DNA of 64,000 bases from Felis catus (lineage: Eukaryota): assembly GCF_018350175.1 (NCBI RefSeq), contig NC_058368.1, positions 109,060,001 through 109,124,000 of the forward strand, given 5' to 3'. The stretch's first letter is position 1, and every line of letters begins with the position of its first letter. The notes under the pieces were generated by a model. The model was not told where the DNA came from and did not search any database. It saw only the letters and a program-made list of their open reading frames with translations. The translations under genes were made by a program, and so were the position numbers. This document shows, piece after piece, positions 49,960-64,000 of the stretch.

Positions 49960-52041
49960 ACATATACATTTTCAACCTTTGCAAGGAGACAAGGTTAATA
50001 CATTACTTAGCCCTTTGTCTTGGGATTCTGGAATGTCTGACTCTTAAGCCCAAGGCTGTTTGTTCCTCTTAGGTGAACAGTCACCCCTGGAAGCTATTGC
50101 ATTAACATTCTGATGGCTCCATTTTTCTAAGACCCATTTTCTTCCAACCTGGACCTGGCCTGCTGATCACTGCAGCCAGTTCCATGTCTGATAAAGTTTC
50201 AAGCCTGCCCTCAGCCCCAAATCATACATAGAGGTGTTTATAAGTACATTGGTATTGAATTCCTATTTGTTTTTCAACAGAAGATGAAGACCATAGGTCT
50301 CCTGTTTAATTGTTTTTCCTTGTTGAAGTTATCAAGTATGTACATGTAGTACTAAACGTTGTGGTAGATTTACCTCTTTGCATCTCCCTGACATGAGGCT
50401 GGATATAGACAGGGTACTGAAGGAAATTTTTGGTGAATGGATTAATGAACAACTTAAGAAATGTTGTCTAAAGTTTGAGAGCTAAAGAAGGAAAGGACAG
50501 TTTAATTCATAGAAGGGAAACTTGGAGGTGGTCAGAAAGCATTGACCAAAATATTTTAAAGAAAATGTAACCTCCCAGCCCACAAACTGTGGCTTGCCCC
50601 TAAATGGATCTGCGACAAAGTGTTGGGATTGGCGGAAAGGAGGTAAAAAGGAATGCGATGAAAGGGAATGTTTCGGGAATAGTTTGGTGGTCCCTGTGCT
50701 TCTAGACTGGCCTCTTCCCTGCCCCTCAGTCATTCCTGGAGTACTAGAGAATCAGCCACCCCACCTTGCAGTGTTGCTCCAATATCTGAGTGCTTCTTGA
50801 TTCAGAACTACCCCTCTTCTGAAACCTGGGTGATTTCTCAGGCTGCCTGGCCCACCTGCTTTTTGATATTTCTCTAGCCCAGCTAGCAGCCAGAAAGATT
50901 CTTTGAGAAACTTCTAGCTCTTCTGGCACCCATCAGTTAGGGTGTCTTCAGCTAAGACCTGGGAGTCATGTGTGTTTCCTTGCTTCTGGCCATTCTCTGC
51001 TTCTCTGAAGCCTCCTGCCCCAGCCCATGGCAATACTTTGACTCACTCCTTATTGTCCTGGAAAGTCTCTTCCTCTGGACTGGCTTTTCTGTCAGTCTTA
51101 TCTCAGGTACCAAGTCTTGGAAGATAGGACAGCCCTCACTGCTATCTACAAGCCTGCCTGAAGGAAAAACCACATCAACCGGGGAGGCAGGGCTGGGCTG
51201 ACTCAGTGTGGAAAGACCCAGAGCTTGTGCCTCACTGTTAGGTCTTTGCTGACATGTCTCACTCAAGGGAGAGTGAGTGAGCAGACCCTCAGCCCTGCCT
51301 TTGGAGCTCTTGGCAACCAGAGAAGTTACTTGTTGGGTCCCTGAGGCCCCTGTACACACAGTCTTAGTAGAACCATCTAGACATGAGTGGTCAGATTGAG
51401 CCCTGCTCTAGCTGGCTGAGAACCGACACCCTAGGTTAAAGTTCTTAGAGCTGACACAGAGAGGGGGTTAAATAGAAAAAAAAAGAAAAAAAAAAAAGAA
51501 AAAAAATTCAAGAGATTGAAGCTCAGGGTTCATCTGGGCCTTGAGCAGCCAAGCCTAAGGTCCAAGCCCAAAAGATACTGTGGTGTTACAAGTTAACAGC
51601 CCTTGTATTTATCTATTCCCTCACTCAACTATGTACCAAATAGCCTCTCCTCTGTAGAGCACTGCCAGGCATTATAGAAGATATGGCAGCAAATTCTTTG
51701 TCTCCTTGCCCAGACAGCCTTGGGGCAAGGATCTGCCATTAACTGCAGCAGGAGGCAGGATGAAATGTGTGTAGGAACACATGGCATTCAGTAACAGGTG
51801 GTGCTTACCAGCATAGCGTGTCTGACCATTGATGCAGTCAGGCCAGGTACATCACAGGAAGAATTTCTGCCATATGGGTACAGACCCTGTCTTTTTCCCT
51901 TCCAGCCAACTCACAGGTTAGAACATTTAGTCCCAGGGATCTACATCACATCTCTATTTCCCATAACTGAGAAGCAGCTATAATTATATACTGCATACAA
52001 GAGACACAGTTCTCTCTCTTCTTAAAAACATTGACAGCTTT

Positions 52042-52270
52042 GGGGCGCCTGGGTGGCTCAGTTGGTTGAGCATCCAACTTTGGCTCAGGTCATGATCTTG
52101 CGGTCATGATCTCGCGGTCATGATCTTGCTGTGAGTTCCAGCCCCACATCTGGCTCTGTGCTGACAGCTCAGAGCCTGGAGCCTGCTTTGGATTCTGTGT
52201 CTCCCTCTCTCTCTGCCCCTCCCCCGCTCATGCCCTGTCTCTCTCTGTCAAAAATAAATAAACATTAAAA
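52042..52270 (+). mobile_element. CanSINE with an internal 14-bp tandem triplication
   Basis: ggtcatgatcttgc ggtcatgatctcgc ggtcatgatcttgc; TSD-like aaaaacatt(g/a)acagcttt. Confidence 0.9.
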
Positions 52271-53695
52271 CAAAAAAACATTAACAGCTTTGTTGAGGTG
52301 TAAATAACAGAAAATAAATGGCACATAAGTAAAGTGTACAATTTGAAAAGCTTTGAGAGAGAGAGATCCATGAAACTATCACCAGTAGAGAGGCACATTT
52401 CTGAACAGGAAGGATGGCAAGTCTGGACCCTTGCCAGAGTGGCTCTTAGATTTTTTCAGGCTGTCTGTTTTCACAGCTCACCCAGCTGAGGGGTCACAAT
52501 GCTAGACTCATGACCTGAATCTTAAACACACATTTAGTTCTAACACTGAGACTTACTATCATCAGCCAGTACCAGCCTATCCCACGAACCAAGAGGAAGC
52601 ATCCATGAGCTAGTCTATAGCTGCTTTAGTCACGGCTGGGGAGCCACGAGCTCAGGACAGGAACACTAGATTCCTCTGCAAACACAAATCTTGATACGTA
52701 GCCTGGACTCTAAGGGCTTCTCAGCCCACCTCTGCTAAAGAGGATGCAAGCCAAATCCTGGAGCCCACTGCAATCCTGGTGGCTGACACGTTGGGTTGGC
52801 TGAATGGGTTGGCTGGGTAGGATCTAGTCCATGGCTGCCCTTGTGTTCATTTTTTGAGACCTATTATCTTTCCTGACCCTACTCATAGGCTGTCTGTGGC
52901 CAGTATGAAGGAAGTGTCAACCCAGGTTTGCTTTTGGAGGCCCAAAACCAGGTCCTGAGGATTGTTAAGAATCTTCAGTGGTGGATAAAGGGCCCAGTTA
53001 CTCCAAGGAGTTACACACTTGCCCAGAGTAAGGACAGCCTGGACCAAGTGGCGGGATTGAGGCTGCAGGTACTGGAGAGATGCCCTGGGAATCTATCCCA
53101 AGATGAGCATGACAGACACCTTGTCTCCTGCAGGGGATAGTCTGACCTGGTTTCAGGTAACACCTGGCCGTGTCAGCACAGAATTCCCTATAAGCCTATA
53201 TCAGGAGACCTGACATTGTTGGGGGAGGGGTCTACTGCTCCAGAACTCACTATAGAAGCCCCTGTGGATTTCCAGTCTAGCTCACCTGTATCAGTCCCCA
53301 CCCCTCATGTGAATCCTGTTGAGAAGCAGCTACTGACTCTTCAGTTTTGCATCTCCATTGCTACAAAAGTAATGCGTGCTGGCTGGGAATAGAGCCCATC
53401 ATAGTCAGGAGCTGCGGTGGTAGTCGTAATCTGGCCCCTGAAGCTCTAACACCTAAGAGCCAGAGGCTCGCACCCCATTACCGAGTCCCCCAGCTCTCAC
53501 TCCCTGGTCACTCCCATCCTGACTGTAGCAGCCGTGTCTGTATGAGGACTGCCCTGGGAGCACTCACCCTCCTAGAAGAGAGATGGTATCTAGATGCTAG
53601 CACCACTGAGGCTGCGGGGGTAGGAGGGCTGCCTGAGTATTTGGACCTTGGTGCTCCTCTATTCTTGCCTGCTGCTAATCTGGACTTCCTCTAGA

Positions 53696-53697
<2 letters not shown>

Positions 53698-53769
<72 letters not shown>

Positions 53770-53813
53770 CGCGCACAAGTAAACGAGTGGCAGAGAGAGA
53801 GAATCCCATGAGG

Positions 53814-53864
<51 letters not shown>

Positions 53865-53944
53865 GGGGCTCAGACTCACAAACCGTGAGATCATTACCTG
53901 AGCCAAAGTCAGATGCTTAACCAACTGAGCCACTCAGGCGCCCC
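53698..53944 (-). mobile_element. Deleted CanSINE with (TG)n(AG)n compound microsatellite
   Basis: Reverse head at 53920-53944; long dinucleotide runs; flanking ctctagatttg repeat. Confidence 0.85.
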
Positions 53945-55233
53945 TAAACTTCTCTAGATTTGAGTTTCAGATTGCTACCTCTTCCTTGCAGTGAGGATCA
54001 CCACACCATTCTCAGCCCATCCAAGGTGCATGCTTATTCCAGAGTGGAGAGCCAGTTATGTGGCCAAGTGACCCTTATTGTTAGCTGTGGGGGTTCTTCA
54101 TGGACTGCCTCACACCCCTCTGAGGTGCCCGGAGGCTATGTGCACACATGCCCAGTGGGGCAGGGAAGCAGACTTGTTTTTCCCCCTGTCACTGGCCTGG
54201 AAGAAATGCTTTCCTGGAAGCTGCACATCGCCCCACCCCTTTGTTACTGGGGAGCCAGCAGGCTCCATGGAGGGCAGGCCAGCAGCCTGGCACCAGACAG
54301 GCAAGGGTCTGCATTCCTGGAGGGCAGCCTTCTTGGTGATTACTGAGCACCATCTTTCTCTGTTCTGGGAAACATTTTTCTGGGAACCACTAAGCTTTTT
54401 GTTTTGTCCTTTCCTCTCTTTTTTTTGGCTCCTTGTTAGGCTGGGGCAACCCACCATATGAATGTTCAGCTGCTTCCCCATGCCTGCAGATCTCTTTTCA
54501 TGGTAACTATAGATGGAACTATGCACTGGGAGCTGGGAAACTCAAACGGAGCAGCCTGTTCGGTACCTCGATCCCTGTTTTACACATGGGGAAATTAAGG
54601 CACAATGAGGGAGGAAAATCTTACCTGACATTGGATAACCACTTAACAGTAGAGCAGAAGCTAAACCCAGTTTCTTGATTCCCAGCTCAGAGCTCTTGGC
54701 TGTAATTTGGCCTAGTGTTTTTAGCACAGCATTAAGGATCCCAGGGCTCACTGGCCCAGAGTGGGGACCTGGGTCCAGCTGCAAGAACAGATCCACATGA
54801 TGCATTCCGGGCCCTCTGGCCTCAGTCCTTTGCTGGATGCCTTGACTCTTAGAGCCCCAGAGTCCCACTCTAGACCCATTCCTGTGCCATTCATCCTAAT
54901 GGCCTCAACCCCACTGAAAGAGTACCCTGCCCCATCCACAGATTCTTAGAAGTGACCATGAAAGGCCACAGTATTTGCTCCCTACCTGTCCCCCCCTCCT
55001 CAAATTGGTAGCAAAACAATGGAGCTGAAAGCCATGAAAAACAGGATGGGAGGGGCCCACTCTCCCTGTGAGGGGCAACCTCCTCTCTGCTTCGCTGCCC
55101 ACATGAGCCTTTGCCTGCCTGAATGAGGTCATGCACCGGTGCAGTAATGTAAACAGAACCTCCAGGGATGCAGGATATTCTCATTTAATTTAACAAGAAG
55201 TCTTAAATTTAAAACATTTAACAAAAGAAGTGA

Positions 55234-55365
<132 letters not shown>

Positions 55366-56280
55366 TAAGGTGGGTGTCTGTCTCCTGCAGCTGCAGGGGA
55401 CCATGGGACCGAGCAAGGAGCATGTACGTGCCTGGCGCTTGACTTCATATGATAGTCTCTCAGCCCAGGGCCTTGTGTTTTAAAAGAAGAGGAAGCTGTG
55501 TCTATAGTATATACTCCATACCAGGTAAAGAGACCCAACAACCTCCTCTCTAATTCTTGCTTAGCAGAACAATCTGAGCGAATTATATCCATGATCCCAC
55601 TGAACCAGAAATATGCCATAATTCACTTCTTGTACCAGCCTAGTTGGCTTTCCCTAGGTAACTCTTTCGTGTCCCTGAGCTTTGGAGAGGTAGACACCAC
55701 ACACCTGCAGATGAATTTTTCGTAGATCTTAAGGCCTACAATGAATGACCACCTCTGTATTTTCCAAACCATCATTCTCTCTGCATGGTGAGAGGAGATC
55801 TCACTAGCTGGTAGTGGCATAACAGGCAGAACTCTTGGGTTCATGGGGATGGTGCCTCTTAGCTAAGAGACCTTTGGTTATCTTACCTACTTCACAACAA
55901 GCAGAAAATGTGCTATTTTGGCCCGTAAGCAGCTTATTTGTGTAATTCCAAGGTTTTTAACTCAAGTTCCATTCATGGCTTAGGGAGTTCACCTACTCTT
56001 GAAATTATGTGCAAAATTTTAGAGATTGTATATGAGCATTTTTTTTGTGGAGGAAGGTCCATAGTTTCCATGAAGACCTCAGAGGGATCCATTATACCCT
56101 GTCTTTTTACTCTAGGGCTCCAAGGTCTGTTGGAGAAGTCCACAGTGAGAAGAATAGCCTTCACCCAAGGTCCTTGGCTGTACTGGATCACCCAGTGGAG
56201 TCCCAGCATTCTCCTAGCTGGTTGGGGTTTAATAGAGAAGTTCAGGATGAGAATGTCATCCTACCTTAAGAACAAAGTCA

Positions 56281-56848
56281 GGGGTGTCTGGGTGGCTCAG
56301 TCAGTTAAGTGTCCCACTTCGGCTTAGGTCATGATCTCATGTTTTATGTGTTCGAGCCCCACGTTGGGCTCTGTGCGGACAGCTCCAAGCCTGGAGCCTG
56401 CTTTGGATTCTATGCCTCCCTCTCTCTCTGCCCCTCCCCTGCTCGTGCTCTGTCTCTTTCTGTCTCAAAAATAAATTAAAAAAAAATTTTTTTAAAGAAC
56501 AAAGTCATATTGTCCCATAGCACAAACTCAGGGTGGTGTTCTGGCATGTTTAGATTATTGTTTTTACCTGAGAATCCTTTCTTCATGAGAAATAAATGCA
56601 TTTCTCACTAGATTTGTGTTTTCCAAGTGTCATCTAGCCATTAGAAAAGGGTCGGAGTGCCTGGGTGGCTTGGTTGAGTGTCCAACCCTTGGTTTCGTCT
56701 CAGGTCATGATCTCACGGTTTGTGAGTTTGAGCACATCCGGTTCCGTGCTGACAGTGCAGATTCCCTCCTTCTCTTTCTCTCTGCCCTTCTCTCTCTCAT
56801 GCTCTTTGTCTCTGCCTCAAAAATAAATAAATAAAGTTAAAAAAAAAA
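56281..56848 (+). mobile_element. Two CanSINEs (~56281-56492, ~56655-56848)
   Basis: SINEC bodies; the first has TSD aagaacaaagtca. Confidence 0.88.
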
Positions 56849-57085
56849 TTAGAAAAGGATCAAATTCCCGCAGTCACCAGTGAGCATTAAAGAGTCAGGT
56901 GGGCCATGACCACTGATTGACAATTCTAGACGAGCCTGAGACACTTGCTCTTTTGGAGGAAAGACCTTGCTTCCCTAGATCTTTAATCTAGCAGCAAGCA
57001 TCAGTTGATTACTTATATTTATCTAACAAATACATGGCACCTAAGATGTACTAGACACTCTCATAAGCACTGTACAAATTTAAAT

Positions 57086-57298
57086 TTTTTTTTCAACGTT
57101 TATTTATTTTTGGGACAGAGAGAGACAGAGCATGAACGGGGGAGGGGCAGAGAGAGAGAGGGAGACACAGAATCGGAAACAGGCTCCAGGCTCTGAGCCA
57201 TCAGCCCAGAGCCTGACGCGGGGCTTGAACTCACGGACCGCGAGATCGTGACCTGGCTGAAGTCGGACGCTTAACCGACTGCGCCACCCAGGCGCCCC
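57086..57298 (-). mobile_element. Young CanSINE (SINEC_Fc-like)
   Basis: CpG-rich; perfect TSD agcactgtacaaatttaaa. Confidence 0.93.
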
Positions 57299-59566
57299 AG
57301 CACTGTACAAATTTAAAAGAAAGAACAAATAATCTCATCATAACCCTATGAAGTAGGAAGTATTCTTACTCTTATTTTTACAGACAGGGAAAATGAAACC
57401 CACAGGAGTTAAATCGCTTGTACGGTCACAAAGCCAGCAAGTGGCAGAGCTAGGATTTGGGCCCTTAGAGCCTTGATGCTCTGTTTTGTGTGGACTACTG
57501 TTCTCGGGCCTTGCTCTTCCAGAATTTGCCTTCTATCAAGGCAGAATGTACTAAACAACTAATTGAGGCATGTACTTGTCCTTTGTGGTGTAAGTAATAC
57601 AGAGAAGTAGTACAGGAAGCTAAGAGAGAGTCTGACAGAGGAGGCCAGGAGAAGCTACCCCGACGAGATGACAATGTGCTGGGAGTTGAAAGAGGAGTAG
57701 AAACTGGCCAGCGATAAAGGGGTGCAGAGAGGAAGGAGCACTCTGGGCAAAGAGAGCTGTACTTAAGCCTAGACTCCAGAAGAGACGGCACACTTTAGAA
57801 CCTGGAAAAAAGTCCTCTTTGGTGGATGTGTGGAGAGTGGTATGAAGAGGAAGCGTGACACATGGAGGCCCAAGCAGAAGAGCAGGCCAAGCTTAGCTGA
57901 TGGACAGGAATTTGGGCTTTAGTCACAGAGTAGTGGGGAGCTGAGAGTTTTGTAAAAACAGGAGTGTGGTATAATCAGATTTGTATTTTTTTTTTTTTTT
58001 ACGATTATCTGATAATTTTGCAGAGAAAGGACTGAAAGGGAGAAAGAGGGGTTGTGGAGAGACCACATAAGAGACTGTCACAGTATTTATGTGGGAAATG
58101 ATGGCTTGGACCAGGCTGACAGTGGTAGAAATGGAGAAGAGAGGTAGGAGGTCCAACCAACAGCCCTTGGCTGTGTGTTGGATGCAGGAGAAGAAGGAAG
58201 ATTTGGGGCCTGTACAACAGAGCCCTTCTCTGAAACAAAGGACTCTGGAAGAGGACCATGTCTGTAGGAGAAGAGTGGAGCTCAGTTTGAGTGTTCTGAA
58301 TCTGGTGTGACTGGGAGAGGCCTGAGTGGATGAAATGAGCCTGCAGTTGGATGTACAGCTATGGTGCTCCATGAGAGGTTTGAGCCAGAGAAACACATTT
58401 GGGAATCGTCAGCTCCGCAGAACCCTTGGCAAAGCCCCCAAGTGTGGAGGAGATTGCCTGGGAAGGGTGTAGAGTGAGAACAGGGGCTGCCCAGGACTGC
58501 TCTTTGAGACCTTCCAAATGGGCTGGTCGGTAGGAAATCTCCTCTCACGGGGTTGAGTGGCAGCTAAGACTCAGAGGAATTTCCTTGATGTAAAAATCAA
58601 GGAGGAAGTACCCCAAGTTCAAAGTTGAAACTCAGTGCATTTTTCTGGGTCAACTATGTCATGGGTTAAGTAGATCTTTGTGGGCTAGCCTGAGAACCTG
58701 ATTACCAGGAACACCATGAATGACTGAGGAAAGTGTTCAAGTTCCACAGATGTGATCCCAAGCAAACAGTAGAAGGAAAATTAATGAGTACATTGAGGAC
58801 TACCTTAGCCTTCGAAACGGCAAGTGCAGTATTTTAAAAACGTAAAAAATGTGAGCAGACTTCTTTTAAGTAGGGTCATCTATGTCAAGTAAATGAAGCA
58901 GCTAAAAGTGTAGCTGTTGTAGGTGCAGCCCTGCCTTCAGCTCCTAGCATCACCTCTCAAGTTTGTCTGCACCCCTATGGGAGGCACCAGGCTCGCCGGG
59001 ATGGACAGTTTCTGATCTCATTACTTCTAAGTAAGCTGGCTCAAAAAAGTGACCTCATGCCAAAGAAATGACCTCAGAGCAGTAGATTCATGCCCTCAAC
59101 TTGTCTAGAGTATCAACAGTAACTTTTTGTATAGGGCAAAGATTTAGTCTCCTTTCTAGAATGTTAATAAGCCTGAAATTCAAGAGCAGTTAAAATAATC
59201 CTGGGTTGTCGCAGCATTTTACCTGAAGATACCGAGTTACCTTCTTGTGTGTGAATTACAAGAGGGCATAGCCCTAGAAAGAAGTAGTCAGATATTTCCT
59301 GGTTTTCTAACATATGTGTGGTTGACATTTTGTTGACAGAGTTTAACAGCGAGCATTTCTGGTCCCAGCCCTGAACTGCCAAAAACTGGTGCTATGTAAG
59401 GATTCCCTGGGTCTTTCTCTTCCCTACCATCCCAGGGAACCCATGGGAAGGGAAGGCATGGGTAAAGGTTATCCCTGTCTCCTTATAGGAAGGGGCCATC
59501 CCTAGGTTTGTGTGTAGGGTACTCTTGTTATGGAACAATGCAGGGGGAGATGGTCTCCTTCTAGAC

Positions 59567-59700
59567 CAGAGGTTCTCAACCTTGGCACTATTGATATTTT
59601 GAGCCAGAAAATTCTGTGTTGTGGGAGACTATCCTGGGCATTTTAGGATGTTTAGAGCATCTCTGGCCTCTACCTACTGGATGCCATTAGCACCAAAAAC
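59567..59700. mobile_element. MER20-like hAT element (partial)
   Basis: cagaggttctcaaccttggcactattgatattttg...catctctggcctctacctactggatgcca. Confidence 0.75.
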
Positions 59701-60749
59701 AAAGATTAAACCTGTTTCATTGGAGATAAGCACCAAACTCTTTAACATGGCACCAAGGCCTTGTGCGGTTTGGTTCCCCCCCACACACACCGACCCCGGC
59801 AGCCTTCTGTTGAACAGCTGACGCCACTCAGGCTGGCTGCTGGCTGCGCATGTCCTCCTGTCTCCTCCAGCTGCACTTGTGTATGCTCTTCTCTGTGTTC
59901 CCCAATCACCCCAACCTTCCTCAACCATGAAGGCCAACTCATGCTTCCTTGTGCCTTTTCTCCATTGCACTGGTCAGAAATTGGTAATTAAGAGGTGTTA
60001 TCATCTGATTAATGTTGGTCTCCTCCACTATACTGTGAATGCTTGGTCCCTTTTGCCTACTTCCCTTTGTCAGTAATAACTTCTTTTTCGGGCCTCATCA
60101 GCTCCCCATCATCGGGGATCCCTTCCCTGAATGCCCACATCCCCAACCCCTAGTCCCAGGCCAGAGTAGTTTCTTTTGTTGTATCCCTTGTGAACCTGAG
60201 TGGTGATCATTCAGTGCGCTTGTGTCCATGTGTAATTGTACTTTCAGTAGTGTGGTTGTTTGATTAGAATGTGATTACTGTCTGTCCCACCAACTGTAGA
60301 CTGTAAGTCCCTTGAGGGTAGAAACAACAATTTTTTTTTTTTTTTTATAATCCAGAAGTATCCCTAGTGCCTAGTATATAATTGAGGTTCAAGTAAACAT
60401 TCATCGAATGAAAATGGGTATCAGCCAGCCCTGGCCAGACTCCAGCTGAACCTGCTAGGTTGGTTGAAATACGTTGACTTGTTCTTCTCTGACTGTGATA
60501 CTATCTTTAAAACAGAACAAACCCCCCAAAAAACCAACAGTTAAAAAAATTTTTTTAAATGAACATAGAGAAAACCACACAGAACAAGTGTGTGGTGGAT
60601 TGATGACTTATTCCAGGGAAATAACCTTGTAACTACCACTGAGTCAAGAAATAGAACCTTGCTGGCCACCCAGGAGCCCCCATGCACATGTCCCGTCTCA
60701 AGTACAACAGCCTCTCTCCACCATAGGTAACCACCAGGCTCACTTAAAA

Positions 60750-60953
60750 AAATTTTTTAACATTTATTTATTTTTGAGAGACAGAGCATGAGTGGAGGAG
60801 GAGCAAAGAGAGAGGGAGACACAGAATCTGAAGCAGGCTCCAGGTTTTGAGCTGTCAGCACAGAGCCCAATGCAGGGCTCAAACTCACAAACCGTGAGAT
60901 CATGACCTGAGCCGAAGTCAGATGCTTAACTGACTGAGCCACCCACGTGTCCC
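60750..60953 (-). mobile_element. CanSINE within an old L1 remnant
   Basis: Reverse SINEC body. Confidence 0.88.
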
Positions 60954-61791
60954 TCAGCCTGACTTTTATACTAATTACTTCCTTGTGGGTTTTTTGTAGT
61001 TTTATCCTCCCGATGTGCATCCTTAAACACAAGTCTAGTCTTGGCCACTTAAAAAGTTTTTGATATGTCTTTTAGTCTACTTTGATTAAGGGATTCTGCC
61101 TCCATCCTTTTCTTTACCATATATTTTATCTCTTGCACTCTGGATTGTTCGTCTGTAGAATTTTCTCGTCTGGATTTTGCTGATTGCATACTCATGGTGC
61201 ACTTCAGCATATTCCTTTTTTCTCTGTGTCTCTTGCATATTGGTAGTTGGATATAGAGACTTGATCAGATTCAGGTTCATACTCTTTAGTGAGACTAGAA
61301 ATCATGCATGCAATATTCAGTTATCTTTTCATAAAAAGACTATTAGCAGTCACTGAAACATAATTCCCAAATCTGTCCATTTATTAAAGATTATAATATG
61401 GTGATATTCTAATTTTATCACTTCTCTTTCATTTAATAGTTGGAATACTTTCATAAAATGATATTTCCCCTCACCTATTATTGGTTCCTATTGACATTCT
61501 TTGGATATGTGACAATTGTTTCTTTTCCTTTATTTACCAGTCTTCATTTAAAATGACTTGTTTCTCCATCATCCTCCAAAGTAAACCAGTTCTCTTGTAA
61601 AAAGCTACATTCTGAATGTATGGGTGTAAGCATAATGAATACATTTCAATCCCTTGCAATCATTATCATATTTCTGGCACTACCTTGGGGGCAGTCCTGG
61701 TGCCTGGGCTGAACATTGGTCCTGGGGAGTGGGGAGGGCAAGTAACAGCACAGGGACTGGAGACCAGGACTGTCCTTGTACTGCACCCTAG

Positions 61792-62082
<291 letters not shown>

Positions 62083-63050
62083 TGATCCTGTGTTTCACCA
62101 TCATCCCACCACCCACTCTCTGGAGATAGCTATGATGTCCCCCAAGGGGAAGTGGTCTCTAGCAATACCAACCAGCACTGCTTGAACCTAGTTTTGTAGG
62201 CAGTGAAATTGAGTCCTCTGAGTGCCCACCCTTGAGTCACTAGGAGCATGGTAGCCTGAAGGCTGAATTCCAGTTCTTTTCTGGTCTCTGAGATGTGGAC
62301 CTTGGCCCCATTAGTATTCAATAGCCACTTTACTAGAATTCACCCAAGATCATCTGTTAAAAAAAAAAGAGCCTTCCCAGAGCTAAGGTTGCTAAGGAAA
62401 GATGGAGACATGATGTGAGGAGCAAGGGCCATGAATGGTAGGCTTGCCAAGGAAGAAAACTGCCTCTTCTGTAAAGCATTGTGTCCAGGGAAACTGACTG
62501 GAAAGAACGAATTGATATGAATGGACTTTAGTCTCGTGATGTTTAGGATTTTAATTCCAAGAACACACTGCAGTACTTTGGCCTGTTCTCACTGAAAGTC
62601 CCACTCTCACTGTTTGGAGGAATCCAACTCTAGCTTATTGGTCTTTGGGTTCCTTGGGTTGTATGCTGAAAGGATTATTTCTTTCTCTTCACGTCTAATA
62701 GAATAATCTTTTCTTAAAAATATTTCCTTTAAGCCCCCATGTGCATCCTTCATAGTGACGTCCCCTTTAATAAATTCTTCCTCACATGAGGATTACATTT
62801 TGAGGCCTAACATGGCATCTTTAGTTTACAGCTTGGGGAAGTGATAAAATTTTCAAGGTAGAACTGTCCTTGAGGAGCCTAAGAGGCCAGCGTGGGGCAC
62901 CCCCAGTGGGCGCCCAGACTGCACGGGGTTCAGAATCCCACCGTTTCCTAGGGCGTGGCTGCTTCCATTTCTGTTGAAAATTACGTAAGAGAAAATCAAA
63001 AAGGAAATTACTTAAATTAAAGTGCTAACATGACTCCTCCCTTGTTTTGA

Positions 63051-63227
<177 letters not shown>

Positions 63228-64000
63228 TGAGTGTCGCCTGTGCCCAGGGGTGCCCTTCCGCAGGATGTCTTCCACCTGGCCTTCACTAGGGGGCAGCAGC
63301 AAGCCACAAATCCCTATTTGGGCTCCCAGAGACAGGGAGTGTAAATTAGTTGTAAGTTGTTTCAGAATGTTTTTTCCCTACCGGAAAAGCCAAAAAGGCA
63401 ACAAAACAAAATCCCCAGACATCAACAGACTTGTTCTCAGTCCTGTGCTGGGTTTATTGAAGCGCAAGGAGAGGAAGAAGTTGTAGCCGGGAGACGATGG
63501 GGTCTAGTATGAGCTTCAGGAAGTTATCAGACTGACAAGACTGCCTAGGCCCTGGTTCCAGCTGTGTGTTGCCAAGACCTCACACCACAGGCACTGGGAG
63601 AAGAGGGAGAGCACTGGAAGTGAGAGTCCCCTGGCTTACACGGAGGAAGCCAGGCTCCATATGGGCTTCCAAGATAGAGGACTTGGACAGGCAAAGAGGA
63701 GGCTGTCCATACCAAGAGTGGGAACACAGCAGAGCGGCTGAGGCAGGAATTGCCCCTTGCAGGTGGGGTTGGTGAGATCACTGCTCCCCTTAGAGCAGAG
63801 AGCATTACAGAGCATAGTGGGAGAGGACACAGAGCAGAGCATGAGTCCTTCCTGGTCATGACCAAAGGGCAGAGTCCATTTGGTGAGGTAGAAAATAAGA
63901 TCCATAAAGTCTTAAAGTCCCAGGTGCTTTGATAAACATAGGCAGGGGATCTGACAAGTCATTTGGATGCAGCAGGGGTGGGAAGTGAGGAAAAACTACA

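Overview
Carnivore genomic DNA, almost certainly felid (dense feliform-type CanSINE/SINEC tRNA-derived SINEs, L1, MER, LTR), covering the carnitine/ergothioneine transporter tandem. On +: SLC22A4 (OCTN1) coding exons 2-10 (2942-32051; exon 1 is upstream of the window) and SLC22A5 (OCTN2) exons 1-4 (47470-63226; continues past the window). Both have intact GT-AG junctions and continuous frames. The main unexplained signal is on the - strand: collinear, partly splice-site-bounded, stop/frameshift-riddled segments from near the SLC22A5 CpG island (~45.8 kb) down to ~21.7 kb. Their hand translations resemble GREB1/GREB1L from N- to C-terminus, suggesting a fossil multi-exon GREB1-family gene interleaved antisense with SLC22A4. 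Other points: a strong-Kozak out-of-frame upstream ATG in the SLC22A5 leader resembling the human pathogenic c.-149G>A allele; an 88-bp perfect-identity tract between the exons 4 of the two paralogues; a tandem acceptor at SLC22A4 exon 6; an LTR ending 29 bp before exon 8; a DR1/PPRE and a degenerate OCTN2VT-like cryptic exon in SLC22A5 intron 1. All comparisons with human/mouse sequences are from recall and need alignment. Repeat boundaries are approximate.
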